Program-made: the position numbers and the translations under genes
Shown here: piece after piece, positions 21,695-30,842 of the stretch
Layout: each line of letters opens with the position of its first letter
How positions within the stretch are numbered: position 1 is the first letter of the stretch
Notes under the pieces: generated by a model
Seen by the model: the letters and a program-made list of their open reading frames with translations, nothing else
Database searches by the model: none
Told to the model about the DNA's origin: nothing
Source: an uncultured virus (IMG/VR IMGVR_UViG_2700989568_000007)
Lineage: Duplodnaviria > Heunggongvirae > Uroviricota > Caudoviricetes
Virus record (IMG/VR): IMGVR_UViG_2700989568_000007
Reading direction: 5' to 3' (one strand)
DNA: 64,000 nt

Positions 21695-22051
21695 TTATTT
21701 GTAACCTATTTCTTTACAGCTTTCTTCGAAGACTTCCTTGGGAAGGATATTGATATCTACCGGAACATTTTTCTCCTTAGAAACTATGCTCTTGTAGGGG
21801 ATCTGGACCCATCGATAGCCTGTGTAACCGCCATATAGATTGGTAGCATTTAGCTGGAAACAATATGTTGATTCGCTTTCGATGTAGTCAGGAAATTTAT
21901 ATTTTGCTGAATCAGGATCAAGTAAATTTGGCTCAAGAGTGGCTTTTATATAATTTTGCTGATCTATCGTAATAGGTTTAGCCGCAAGTGCAGTCGTAGA
22001 TGAAAAAACAGACAAAAGTGTTACTAGTAGCGAAATTTTAACCTGTTTCAT
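21695..22051 (-). CDS. Exported (signal-peptide) protein
   Basis: N-terminal signal ending in ALA; LLDPDSAKYK...NATNLYGGYTGY motif. Confidence 0.75.
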   Translation of the reverse strand: MKQVKISLLVTLLSVFSSTTALAAKPITIDQQNYIKATLEPNLLDPDSAKYKFPDYIESESTYCFQLNATNLYGGYTGYRWVQIPYKSIVSKEKNVPVDINILPKEVFEESCKEIGYK

Positions 22052-22075
22052 GTGAGCAATATCCTAAATTTGCCT

Positions 22076-22690
22076 CTATTTGTGACCTATTGTATCAGAA
22101 GCTATAAGAGAAAAATATTCTAATATATTTTCATTTGTATTATTTTCGTTTCTATGTCTAGGTAGCCCGGATTGATAATAGATACTAGATAGCTTTCCTG
22201 TGGTTCCCGCAGGTAAAAGTAGATGTTTTTTTAATTCAATGATAAGGTTCCACAAATTGTCTTCATTATCAACTTTCATAGAGTATCCTACGCCACAGTA
22301 TCTTTTACTTTTTGATGGTTTGTGTATTTGGAATGCATTGAAGTTGGAACTTAGTTGGATGTGTCCAAGTGCTATGCCGTCTATTTTATCAATAATATGA
22401 ATTAATTTTTTAATGTCGAAAGGGAATATGACCAGCGAGTAATCATCTCTTCTTGATTGATTCTCTGGTGAAATTATGTATATATGGAATGGATCTATAT
22501 TTGGACTTTTTAATGAGTTTATGTGCTCATCTCCAAAATAGAAACCTCTAGCATGTTCTTTTTTATTTTTTTCTTTTGCCCGTTGTATTCTTATGTCATT
22601 CTTCAGCAGTAAATAATCTGGGTTGTCAACAGAATTATTAATGATGGTTTGAAGTTGTATATTTGAAAGAGCCACTCCCATATCCTCCAT
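22076..22690 (-). CDS. AT-rich accessory hypothetical protein
   Basis: 204-aa ORF, markedly more AT-rich than its neighbours. Confidence 0.65.
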   Translation of the reverse strand: MEDMGVALSNIQLQTIINNSVDNPDYLLLKNDIRIQRAKEKNKKEHARGFYFGDEHINSLKSPNIDPFHIYIISPENQSRRDDYSLVIFPFDIKKLIHIIDKIDGIALGHIQLSSNFNAFQIHKPSKSKRYCGVGYSMKVDNEDNLWNLIIELKKHLLLPAGTTGKLSSIYYQSGLPRHRNENNTNENILEYFSLIASDTIGHK

Positions 22691-22769
22691 TTAAATTCTA
22701 TGAAATGGAGGCTACTCATATATCTAAACTAATCAAGATCTTTTTTCAGCCGGAGGTGGTAGATAATTG

Positions 22770-22791
22770 AAATGTGATGTAGATCACATAC
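22770..22791. promoter_or_regulatory. CRP-like binding site
   Basis: AAATGTGATGTAGATCACATAC versus consensus AAATGTGATCTAGATCACATTT; intergenic. Confidence 0.65.
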
Positions 22792-22821
22792 TGGAGCAAG
22801 TAAGCTCCAGCATGTTGTTGA

Positions 22822-23397
22822 TTATTTACTCAATGCTTGGTATTTGCTCGCGATCAAGCGTTCACCCTTTCTGGTTATTGTAAAACCAAACGGCATCTTG
22901 CTGTTTTTTCGTAACACGCCTTCAGTAAGCGAATCATTGGTTGGCTGTACAGTTGCATTGTCTATCCACCCAATAAGAGCAAGAAAGTTTAGAAGTTTCA
23001 TGCTTGTGATCCCCATATCACATGCTACCTCATTGATGGTGCGACGTGCTCTGCCTCTGATTTTAGTTGCTCCACTGGCTGATATTTCACTTTTCGGTGA
23101 AAGCAATGTATCCAGCGTATTGAAGAACCCTCTTGCTGATTCCGATTTAATAAGCCCTGAGTCGCTCATATCGCACGCGACCCGATAAAGAACATTGCTG
23201 TTGTTCATAAATGGATACTTCTCGATAAACTCTACGAACGTCTTCGCCCCGTTCACGCCGCACTTATAATCGAGTGGATTGTCGACGCGCCAGAAAAAAG
23301 CCTTGTTGGCTTTGGCATCGAAGATGTCAACAAATGGTAATTCTGCTAAGTAATTCATCATGTGCTCCTTTGTTATTGACGAGCACATGATGAACAT
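22822..23397 (-). CDS. Antirepressor-like protein with C-terminal KilAC/ANT-type domain
   Basis: TINEVACDMGI...LLNFL..IGWI...QPT..SL.EG.L...TITRKG pattern. The likely start is the MM at ~23358-23361 (AAGGAG RBS). Confidence 0.6.
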   Translation of the reverse strand: MFIMCSSITKEHMMNYLAELPFVDIFDAKANKAFFWRVDNPLDYKCGVNGAKTFVEFIEKYPFMNNSNVLYRVACDMSDSGLIKSESARGFFNTLDTLLSPKSEISASGATKIRGRARRTINEVACDMGITSMKLLNFLALIGWIDNATVQPTNDSLTEGVLRKNSKMPFGFTITRKGERLIASKYQALSK

Positions 23398-23422
23398 TGC
23401 ATGACGGGGAAAAAGAAGAAGT

Positions 23423-23701
23423 CTACGGCAGCCGTTTTAGGATGTCTTCCAGGTCTTCCTTGGTCATCCCGGAGTTCTCGTAGATCTGTATCACTTTTTC
23501 CCTGGCCTTTTCAGCCGCTGCCATCGAGGTCGCGATCTTCTCAAACTCTGCTGTGCTCATCTTGGTCAGAACAAGGTTAATGATGTCTGACTTCGACATT
23601 TTGATGTTGCGCTCTTTCAGGCGCGTTTTGAACGAACCAAGCTTTTCGTTGGCTTTTTCGGTGAGCTTCACCTGACATGAAATTGAGCGATTTTCGGTCA
23701 T
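23423..23701 (-). CDS. Small putative DNA-binding protein (ribbon-helix-helix-like)
   Basis: N-terminal beta pattern ISCQVKL followed by helices (MSKSDIINLVL); 2 nt from the helicase stop. Confidence 0.6.
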   Translation of the reverse strand: MTENRSISCQVKLTEKANEKLGSFKTRLKERNIKMSKSDIINLVLTKMSTAEFEKIATSMAAAEKAREKVIQIYENSGMTKEDLEDILKRLP

Positions 23702-23703
23702 AA

Positions 23704-25263
23704 TTAATCTCTTTGTAATACACCAAAGTCAAAACTGCTCCCGACAGGCAACACGCCTTCCGCAAACCCGGGAGTGGTGTCAATAATGTGTTTTCGTTCG
23801 TATGAGTGTGACATCAGGTGTTTGTTGCTTATATCGATAAAATCCGAAATAAAACACACATTTGCCTGATTCTTCTTGGCACGAAGGCCGCGACCAACAC
23901 GTTGACGCATTTCGACTTCGGCCTTGCCTCCTCCGGCAAGAATTACGGCGCCAACACTTGGCACATCGACACCGACATCCAGTATCGTAGAGCCGATCAG
24001 CACATCAATTTTCCCTGCAGCCAGGCTGTTAAGCTTAGCCTGTCTGGTACTCTGGTTGGATTCACCGTAAATAAAATCTACCCGTAAGCCGCTCTCTTTC
24101 ATCATTTCCATCAGTATCTGACCGTGGCGTTTGATCCTCACCAGGGTCATACAGTTCAGTCCATGATCACGGTACATCAGCGCGTCGCGAACGACGGCCT
24201 CGTTACGTCCAATATTGTAAACGATACCGAGCTGATAAGCTTTCTGATACGGCGTACTCATACCAACTCTGAAGTTCAGATGCTTGGAAGCGAGCTCCGC
24301 TCGTATACGAGCCTCATCCGGAGTGTACGCGATTTTATGGTATACGAAGTAAGGTTTGGCCAAAATACCTCGCTCGATCAGATATTTTTCAGTGACCTTT
24401 ATCTCGATGCGTCCTGCAACCGCCATCAGACGCATATTGGCCTCAGTTGAAGCCTTCATAAACGGGGTTGCCGTCAGCGCCAGGCGATAGTCTGCGTTAA
24501 TGCAAAGCCTGGCGATGTCATAAAAGTTTGAACCGGAGGATTCGTGGGCTTCTTCGAGGATTAGCAGTGAGACGCTTGAGAGGAATCGCTTAACCAGCTC
24601 CCGGCGCTTAAGATGATAAGCCTTTTTCTCCGCCGGCATATCGCGTGGAGGCTCTTCAAGAAAACTCGCCAGGGTTTGCACTGTTGCGACATTGATATGG
24701 CGAGACACCTGAAACTCACCAGAACCAATGATGCCAACCTTCTGACCTTTAAGCCACGGCTCTCCATTCTCAGCTCGATAGTCGATCGACTTCTGGAAGT
24801 TATCTGCCATTTGAAACATAAGAACAGAGCGGGTGGTTAAAAACAGCGTCATGCGTCCAATACGCGCCGCGGCTTTGCAAGCTACGTTCGACTTTCCCCC
24901 GCCTGTGGCGATCTGCGCAATCATCATTCCTTCGCGAACCAGTGTCTCTACAGCCTGATCTTGATACGCATAGTCCGGATTATAGGGGAAGGGGTTAACT
25001 GCCGGGTTTGGTTTACCAAGCGCCGGAACCTTGTCTTTGCGAATATGCACGCATTTAATGCCAGCCTTCACCAGATTTGCTGCTACCGATTTAGCAAAAC
25101 CCGCGGGGAAGGCATTTTTGCTCCAGTTGAACATAGTACTGGTGCCTTTCCAGTCGCCAGCTTCGACTTCGTAACTCAGCATTTCCTGGACGAGTCGCTT
25201 CACGTTGTCATCAGCGCCGGAGACCATAGCGTTGACCGCGTTCGAAACAATCCTAACAGTCAT
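23704..25263 (-). CDS. Superfamily II DEAD/DEAH-like helicase
   Basis: Walker A ATGGGKS, Walker B variant LEEAH, LTATP, GVDVP and QRVGRGLR. Confidence 0.92.
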   Translation of the reverse strand: MTVRIVSNAVNAMVSGADDNVKRLVQEMLSYEVEAGDWKGTSTMFNWSKNAFPAGFAKSVAANLVKAGIKCVHIRKDKVPALGKPNPAVNPFPYNPDYAYQDQAVETLVREGMMIAQIATGGGKSNVACKAAARIGRMTLFLTTRSVLMFQMADNFQKSIDYRAENGEPWLKGQKVGIIGSGEFQVSRHINVATVQTLASFLEEPPRDMPAEKKAYHLKRRELVKRFLSSVSLLILEEAHESSGSNFYDIARLCINADYRLALTATPFMKASTEANMRLMAVAGRIEIKVTEKYLIERGILAKPYFVYHKIAYTPDEARIRAELASKHLNFRVGMSTPYQKAYQLGIVYNIGRNEAVVRDALMYRDHGLNCMTLVRIKRHGQILMEMMKESGLRVDFIYGESNQSTRQAKLNSLAAGKIDVLIGSTILDVGVDVPSVGAVILAGGGKAEVEMRQRVGRGLRAKKNQANVCFISDFIDISNKHLMSHSYERKHIIDTTPGFAEGVLPVGSSFDFGVLQRD

Positions 25264-25346
25264 AAATATCTTTCCTTCGTGCCTTTTATATGTTAATTGG
25301 CTAGAATAGTAAGTAAGTACTTATGCAATGGATTGTATCAAAAAGT

Positions 25347-26027
25347 ATGGACGTAAAAATTACCATTCTGCAGGTAGAAGTGGCCAGACTCCGGCCAAAT
25401 CCCTGGAACACCAACTCGGTTGGTGCTCAAAACTTCGAAAAACTGAAAGGCTCCATCGAAAAACTGGGTTTTTTCAAGCCAATTCTCGCGCGTGAGCTGG
25501 ACGGTGGCCAATTTGAGATCCTCGGTGGCGAACATCGCTGGCGAGCCGCTATGGAACAGGGTATTTCCACGGTTCCTGTTATATCGGTGGGCAAAATAAG
25601 CGAGCTGGTGGCGAAACAAATGTCTCTGGTCGATAACGAGCGATACGGCGAAGACGATCAGGTCGCATTACAGCGTCTGATCGAGGAAATTCAGTCAGAA
25701 CTCGATTATCAGCTGTCGGAAATTGCCCCTTACGACGACGAACTGGCGGCCACACTGGCTCGTGAGTCGGCAATTGACCTGGAAATGCTTGAGGCGTTGT
25801 CGCGTGGCGACGAAGAGCCCGTTGAGAAGGACTCTCGCGAAAAAGCTGAGCGTGCTGGTGCGGAACACCAGACCATGCGTTTCAAAGTGACGTTTGACGC
25901 TTCTGATCGCGTTACCGAAACCATCAAATCCATCATCAAAGAGCAGGCGATCAACACCGGCAACGACATGGAGAATGCTGGTGAAGCTCTGGTATGGCTG
26001 GTCGATAACTACAAGGAGTGTATTTAA
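25347..26027 (+). CDS. ParB/Srx N-terminal-domain protein
   Basis: LRPNPWN, SIEKLGFFKPIL and ILGGEHRWRA motifs. Confidence 0.88.
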   Translation: MDVKITILQVEVARLRPNPWNTNSVGAQNFEKLKGSIEKLGFFKPILARELDGGQFEILGGEHRWRAAMEQGISTVPVISVGKISELVAKQMSLVDNERYGEDDQVALQRLIEEIQSELDYQLSEIAPYDDELAATLARESAIDLEMLEALSRGDEEPVEKDSREKAERAGAEHQTMRFKVTFDASDRVTETIKSIIKEQAINTGNDMENAGEALVWLVDNYKECI

Positions 26028-26695
26028 TGACCAAAACGTTCGAAATCGTCTACCGAGACCCGGCAGAGCTCATTCCCTATGAAATGAACGCCAAAAAGCA
26101 TGACGAGCAACAGATCCGTGATCTGGCCGCAGCCATAAAAAAGCGTGGTTTTGACCAGCCGATCACTGTCGATAAAGACGATGTCATCATTACTGGCCAT
26201 GGCCGCCGCGAAGCTGCGCTTTTAGCGGGGCTGAAAAGTGTGCCGGTGATCGTTCGCGACGATCTGTCCGATGAAGAAGTGAAGGCGAAGCGTCTGGAGG
26301 ATAACCGGCTGGCCAGCATTGATTACGATGCCATCAAGTTACAGAAAGAGCTGGAGTCTCTGGTATTTGGTGACGTTGAAGTCTTCGGCTTTGACGAGCG
26401 TGAGCTGAACGTGCTGGTCGGTAGCATGACCGAAGAAATGGATACTGGCGCACTGGTTATGGATCTGGGGGAGGAAACCGAGCGCCAGAAAGAAGAGCAC
26501 ACCGAAATCAGTCGCGAAGTCGCCGCCGAAGAGGTTCGAGTGGTCGATGTTCTGGGCTTTAAAACGCTCCCTGCTGGCTCTGCGATTGTCGTGGGGGATT
26601 TGCTTGCCCACATGGAAGAAATCACGGGAGAGAGCGGGGTAGACGCGTTCGTTGCTTATGCGCAGAAAGTTTCCTCCGGGGGAGTCGAAGCATGA
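26027..26695 (+). CDS. ParB N-terminal-domain protein (second)
   Basis: LIPYEMNAKKH, GFDQPI, IITGHGRREA and RLEDNR; TAATG coupling. Confidence 0.88.
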   Translation: MTKTFEIVYRDPAELIPYEMNAKKHDEQQIRDLAAAIKKRGFDQPITVDKDDVIITGHGRREAALLAGLKSVPVIVRDDLSDEEVKAKRLEDNRLASIDYDAIKLQKELESLVFGDVEVFGFDERELNVLVGSMTEEMDTGALVMDLGEETERQKEEHTEISREVAAEEVRVVDVLGFKTLPAGSAIVVGDLLAHMEEITGESGVDAFVAYAQKVSSGGVEA

Positions 26696-27330
26696 GCACA
26701 TATACCATCAACGTATCGTTCCAGACCCGTGTCAACAAGACCACTCGCACGCTTGAGATCGCCGAATCGTTTGGGCTTGGCCTGGATGAAAAAGACTGGA
26801 CACTTTACGACAATCTTGAGCTGGAAGTCGAGCAGGGTGATGTGGTCTACATCACTGGCCAGTCAGGCTCCGGAAAATCTGTCGTGCTGCGTGAGCTACA
26901 ACGCCAGATGAAAGATGAAGGGCTTTCAGTCGCCTCCATTGATGACTTTACCTTTGACAACGACGTCAATGTCATTGACCAACTGGGTAAAACCACCAGC
27001 GAAGCGTTAGGGCTGCTTTCGATGGCTGGCTTGAATGATGCCTATCTCTTTGTGCGCAAACCTTCTGAAATGTCGGATGGCCAGAAATACCGGCTCAAGA
27101 TCGCCAAGCTTATTGAGTCGGGCGCAAAGGTATGGGCTGCGGATGAATTTGGCGCAGTTCTTGATCGTGTTACCGCCCAGGTTGTGGCGTCGAACCTCCA
27201 GCGTGCCGCGCGAAAGGTAGGTGCGACGGTAATGGTGGCGACGACACACGAAGACCTGAAGAACGCGCTGCGCCCGGATATGCAGATCACCAAGCACTAC
27301 AAAGAACGCGTGAAGGTGGAATATGCCTGA
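26692..27330 (+). CDS. Stand-alone ABC-type ATPase
   Basis: Walker A GQSGSGKS, signature MSDGQ, Walker B WAADE and H-loop ATTH. No permease nearby. Confidence 0.9.
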   Translation: MSTYTINVSFQTRVNKTTRTLEIAESFGLGLDEKDWTLYDNLELEVEQGDVVYITGQSGSGKSVVLRELQRQMKDEGLSVASIDDFTFDNDVNVIDQLGKTTSEALGLLSMAGLNDAYLFVRKPSEMSDGQKYRLKIAKLIESGAKVWAADEFGAVLDRVTAQVVASNLQRAARKVGATVMVATTHEDLKNALRPDMQITKHYKERVKVEYA

Positions 27331-27577
27331 TTTGAAGATCGTAGAGCTGAAGCCATCGAAAGAGACTGACAACAATAACGTTGAAGTCATCCGCCTGCTG
27401 GAAGATGCACTCCAGTACGCCAGAGAAGGCAAAAGCCATAGCCTGGCGCTGCTGATGATCAATAACGACGGGAGTGTTCTGGATTGCTGGCATAACGGTG
27501 GGCGCCCATACGTCATGGTTGGGGCGATGGAATCGCTTCGCCTGGACTTCATCAATGCCAATATCGAGCGCAGGTGA
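27323..27577 (+). CDS. Small hypothetical protein
   Basis: Overlaps both neighbours in operon fashion. Confidence 0.7.
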   Translation: MPDLKIVELKPSKETDNNNVEVIRLLEDALQYAREGKSHSLALLMINNDGSVLDCWHNGGRPYVMVGAMESLRLDFINANIERR

Positions 27578-28473
27578 TCGGCATGACAGACATCATCATC
27601 AAACGGTATCGCCCGGAGGAGTTCCCGCGCCATCTGGACTTTCTTGAGCGCATGACCGTCACCAGGGGGACGGTAGAAGACTGGCACGCGCTTAAGTCGC
27701 TTCACTACAAGACAGATGGGAAGCCGTTCGCCCCTACCTACTACCGTTGTGAGCTAGATGGTCGGTTGGTAGGCGTTGTAGTTATGGCCTTCCCTAAACT
27801 GCTGCTGGCGCCGCGGCATCGCATGTTTCCAAAGCTGAAACCCACAACCAACACCACTGTGGCAAATCAGTACTGGGGACGTTACGTAAACAACAACTTC
27901 GCTGTGATCAGCCGCTCTGTAGTGGACACCCAGTATCGTGGCGTCGGGGTATCGTATCGCATGATTAATCTGGTTAGCAGGATGCATGACCGGCCAATCA
28001 TCGAGATCCAGTCGTCGATGAGCAAATATAACCCGTTTGCTATGAAAGCAGGGTTTTGCTTCATCCGTCCTGAACGTCCGAAGAGCTACGAAAGCGCGCT
28101 TCGTGTCTTTCAGCGCCATTTTCGTTCTGACCCCGGCGACAACGAAGCGATTGTGAAGGAGCTGTTTGCGATGACTGATTCACGCCGGCGCCGCGCACTG
28201 CGAGATCTGGTGGCGGACTACCACAAGAATAGTTCTCTGGCAAAAGCAGGCCGCAACCGTGGCACTACCATTCAGGATATCGCGGATAGCCTGGTGGATG
28301 AGGCCAGCATCGTGAAACTGCTCAAGGATATTCACAATCTGAGCTTCACTTCACCGCTCTATGGGGTTTATCGCAACCCTGATTTTGGTCGCCAGCTGCC
28401 TGACACACTGCCACTGCTGGCTTTTGATAAACAACCGCTGAATGCACCACTGGATATTGCGTTACCGGCATAA
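27574..28473 (+). CDS. GNAT-fold (Mom-like) acyltransferase
   Basis: ISRSVVDTQYRGVGVS acyl-CoA motif, LHY motif and MSKYNPF..KAGF. Confidence 0.72.
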   Translation: MIGMTDIIIKRYRPEEFPRHLDFLERMTVTRGTVEDWHALKSLHYKTDGKPFAPTYYRCELDGRLVGVVVMAFPKLLLAPRHRMFPKLKPTTNTTVANQYWGRYVNNNFAVISRSVVDTQYRGVGVSYRMINLVSRMHDRPIIEIQSSMSKYNPFAMKAGFCFIRPERPKSYESALRVFQRHFRSDPGDNEAIVKELFAMTDSRRRRALRDLVADYHKNSSLAKAGRNRGTTIQDIADSLVDEASIVKLLKDIHNLSFTSPLYGVYRNPDFGRQLPDTLPLLAFDKQPLNAPLDIALPA

Positions 28474-28482
28474 GGATTTGCC

Positions 28483-28749
28483 ATGACACTGACTGATAAA
28501 CAGAAAGACATCATTAAGACCATCAACTTAGGCCATGAACGTGGACATTTGCTCGATCTGGACGAGCTGCTGGAAGTGCTGCCTTACCGGACGACAAAGC
28601 AGTCTATGCAATTCTCCCTGCGCGCGCTGATCAAGAAAGGTTTGGTCGAAAAGCACGACTGCCGGCCGCGAGAGGATTCTGGCTACCAGCGTCGAACTCT
28701 GGGGCTGACGACATTAGGTCGAGCCAGAGCCAAGTTACTGGTGATGTAA
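28483..28749 (+). CDS. Winged-helix DNA-binding protein
   Basis: LTDKQKDII...SMQFSLRALIKKGLVEK...LTTLGR pattern. Confidence 0.72.
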   Translation: MTLTDKQKDIIKTINLGHERGHLLDLDELLEVLPYRTTKQSMQFSLRALIKKGLVEKHDCRPREDSGYQRRTLGLTTLGRARAKLLVM

Positions 28750-28752
28750 GTT

Positions 28753-28852
28753 GGTCTGGGAGTCAGATTAACAGCCTGCGTCTGTATATATAACTAATAA
28801 GTCACTTATTAAATATATACTAAAGCAGGCTCTCAAACAGATTCCCCAGACC
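28753..28852. repeat. ~100-bp imperfect palindrome, copy 2 (inverted relative to copy 1)
   Basis: 28773-28791 is the exact reverse complement of 2148-2166; same GTCTGGG outer arms. Confidence 0.85.
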
Positions 28853-28924
28853 TAATTAATACAACCAGAAAACAAATTGTTTAAGAGTGCAAGGAAGCGC
28901 TCTGTGTGTGTTTTAGAGGGATCT

Positions 28925-29566
28925 ATGACTGTCGAAAAAGACGAGAGCAAAACTCGCCTGACTCCGGCTGAATGGGCGGAAGCCGAAGCGAAATGGACTT
29001 CGGGCGAGTATACGCTCTCAAAACTGGAAGAAGAGTACGGCATCCGTCGTGAAACGCTCTCCAGACACTTCAAAAAGCGTGGATTAGAGAAAGGCGCTGA
29101 TTCTGTTGGGAAGATGGTGCGCGAGTCTCTCAAGTCCGATGCAGAACTGCGCGCTAAAGCCCGAGCCGAAAAGATAGAAGACCGCCGGACACGCTATGAC
29201 GGCTGGGCGTATGCCCTTGGTCAGATGGTGATGGTCGAGGTCACTACAGCAAAGCGCGAAGGTAAGCCACTGGCCTCGATTGAGGACGATCTTAAAAGCC
29301 TGCAGCGCGCCAGCGGCACGCTGGCCAAATGCTTCGAAATTTCCTCCAAGGCATTGGGCATGGAGAAAGAAGAAGGCGGTGAAGAGGATATTCCGAACCT
29401 TGTCTTTGGCGAGCTAACCCCATCACAGGTGGCCCAGCTGCGCAAGGAAGATGATGAGCCCGAAGTGATTGATGACGATCTGTTGGAATCACTCGAAGAA
29501 GAAGCGCTGAGCGAAGCTGAGAGCGATTTTGACGCATCGGGCGAAGACGATGATGGAGATGCATAA
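28925..29566 (+). CDS. Putative terminase small subunit
   Basis: N-terminal HTH (TLSKLEEEYGIRRETLSRHF), acidic tail, directly upstream of the large terminase. Confidence 0.72.
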   Translation: MTVEKDESKTRLTPAEWAEAEAKWTSGEYTLSKLEEEYGIRRETLSRHFKKRGLEKGADSVGKMVRESLKSDAELRAKARAEKIEDRRTRYDGWAYALGQMVMVEVTTAKREGKPLASIEDDLKSLQRASGTLAKCFEISSKALGMEKEEGGEEDIPNLVFGELTPSQVAQLRKEDDEPEVIDDDLLESLEEEALSEAESDFDASGEDDDGDA

Positions 29567-29568
29567 CC

Positions 29569-30825
29569 ATGTCCATCCCGTCGTCTCTAAGTCTCGTACA
29601 GCTGCACTCCGGGCAGATGCAAGTCTTCCAGTCGCCACATCGTTTCAAAGTGGTGTGCGCCGGACGACGTTGGGGTAAATCGAGGCTGTCGATCTCAACC
29701 ATCATTCGCGCTGCCGCTAAGGAAAGAAAACAACGAGTTTGGTACGTCGCGCCGACCTATCAAATGGCGCGCCAGATTTTGTGGGATGATCTGCAGGAAG
29801 TTCTGCCGCGTAAGTGGATTCGGAAGAAGAACGACACCACGATGACCATCGTGTTGAAAAACGGTTCGGAGATCGCGCTTAAAGGCGCGGATAAACCGGA
29901 TACGCTTCGTGGTGTTGCGCTGCATTTCGTTGTGCTCGACGAGTTCCAGGATATGAAGCCAGACACCTGGTACAAGGTTCTCCGTCCGACATTGTCATCC
30001 ACCCGCGGCGGCGCGCTGATCATCGGTACACCGAAAGGGTTCTCCGAATTCCATAAACTATGGACTATCGGGCAGAACAAAGAGCTGCAGCGCAAAGGTC
30101 AGTGGAAAAGCTGGCAGTTTGTAACCGCTGATTCACCATTCGTTCCGACGGCAGAAATCGAGGCAGCCAAGAACGATATGGACCCTAAGTCGTTCGCTCA
30201 GGAGTACCTCGCCAGCTTCGAAAACATGTCAGGGCGCGTGTATTACCCGTTCGATCGTAGCGTTCACGTTAAGCCGCTGCAGTTCAATCCTAAATTACCG
30301 GTGTGGGTAGGCCAGGACTTCAACATTGATCCAATGTCGTCGGTCATCCTGCAGCCACAACCGAATGGGGAGCTGTGGGCTGTGGATGAGCTTGTCTTGT
30401 TTTCGTCGAATACGGCAGAAGTGTGCGATGAGCTGGAGCGCCGCTTCTGGCGGTGGAAATCGCAGGTCACAATTTTTCCAGACCCGGCCGGCGCCTATCG
30501 TCAGCACGCTCGTGGGGAATCGGACATCGACATCTTCAAGGAGAAGGGCTTTCTGCGTGTTGATTATCCGAAAAAGCACCCACCGATTGCTGATCGTGTG
30601 AACTCAGTGAACCGCATGTTGATGAGCGCCTCTGGCGAAACTCGTTTGTATATCGACCCTAAGTGCAAACATCTCATCGATTCACTGGAGAAAGTTATCT
30701 ACAAACCAGGCTCTCGCGATATGGATAAGAGCGGGGGGATTGAGCACAGCGCGGATGCCTTGGGCTACCCGGTTCATCGTAGGTATCCCGTAAAAAATCG
30801 TGTTATTCTTGGTGGTTCAAGATAA
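29569..30825 (+). CDS. terL: Terminase large subunit
   Basis: GRRWGKS Walker A, LRG...VLDE Walker B, GTPKG, and nuclease motifs GQDFN...H.ADALGY. Confidence 0.95.
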   Translation: MSIPSSLSLVQLHSGQMQVFQSPHRFKVVCAGRRWGKSRLSISTIIRAAAKERKQRVWYVAPTYQMARQILWDDLQEVLPRKWIRKKNDTTMTIVLKNGSEIALKGADKPDTLRGVALHFVVLDEFQDMKPDTWYKVLRPTLSSTRGGALIIGTPKGFSEFHKLWTIGQNKELQRKGQWKSWQFVTADSPFVPTAEIEAAKNDMDPKSFAQEYLASFENMSGRVYYPFDRSVHVKPLQFNPKLPVWVGQDFNIDPMSSVILQPQPNGELWAVDELVLFSSNTAEVCDELERRFWRWKSQVTIFPDPAGAYRQHARGESDIDIFKEKGFLRVDYPKKHPPIADRVNSVNRMLMSASGETRLYIDPKCKHLIDSLEKVIYKPGSRDMDKSGGIEHSADALGYPVHRRYPVKNRVILGGSR

Positions 30826-30842
30826 GTAAGTACTTACCTATC

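Noticed and set aside
26692..27330. ABC transporter
   Set aside because: No membrane or substrate-binding subunit nearby; the context is DNA-related.
28782..28797. LexA box in the twin palindromes (CTGTATATAT...)
   Set aside because: Only a half site; the closing ACAG at the correct spacing is missing in both copies.
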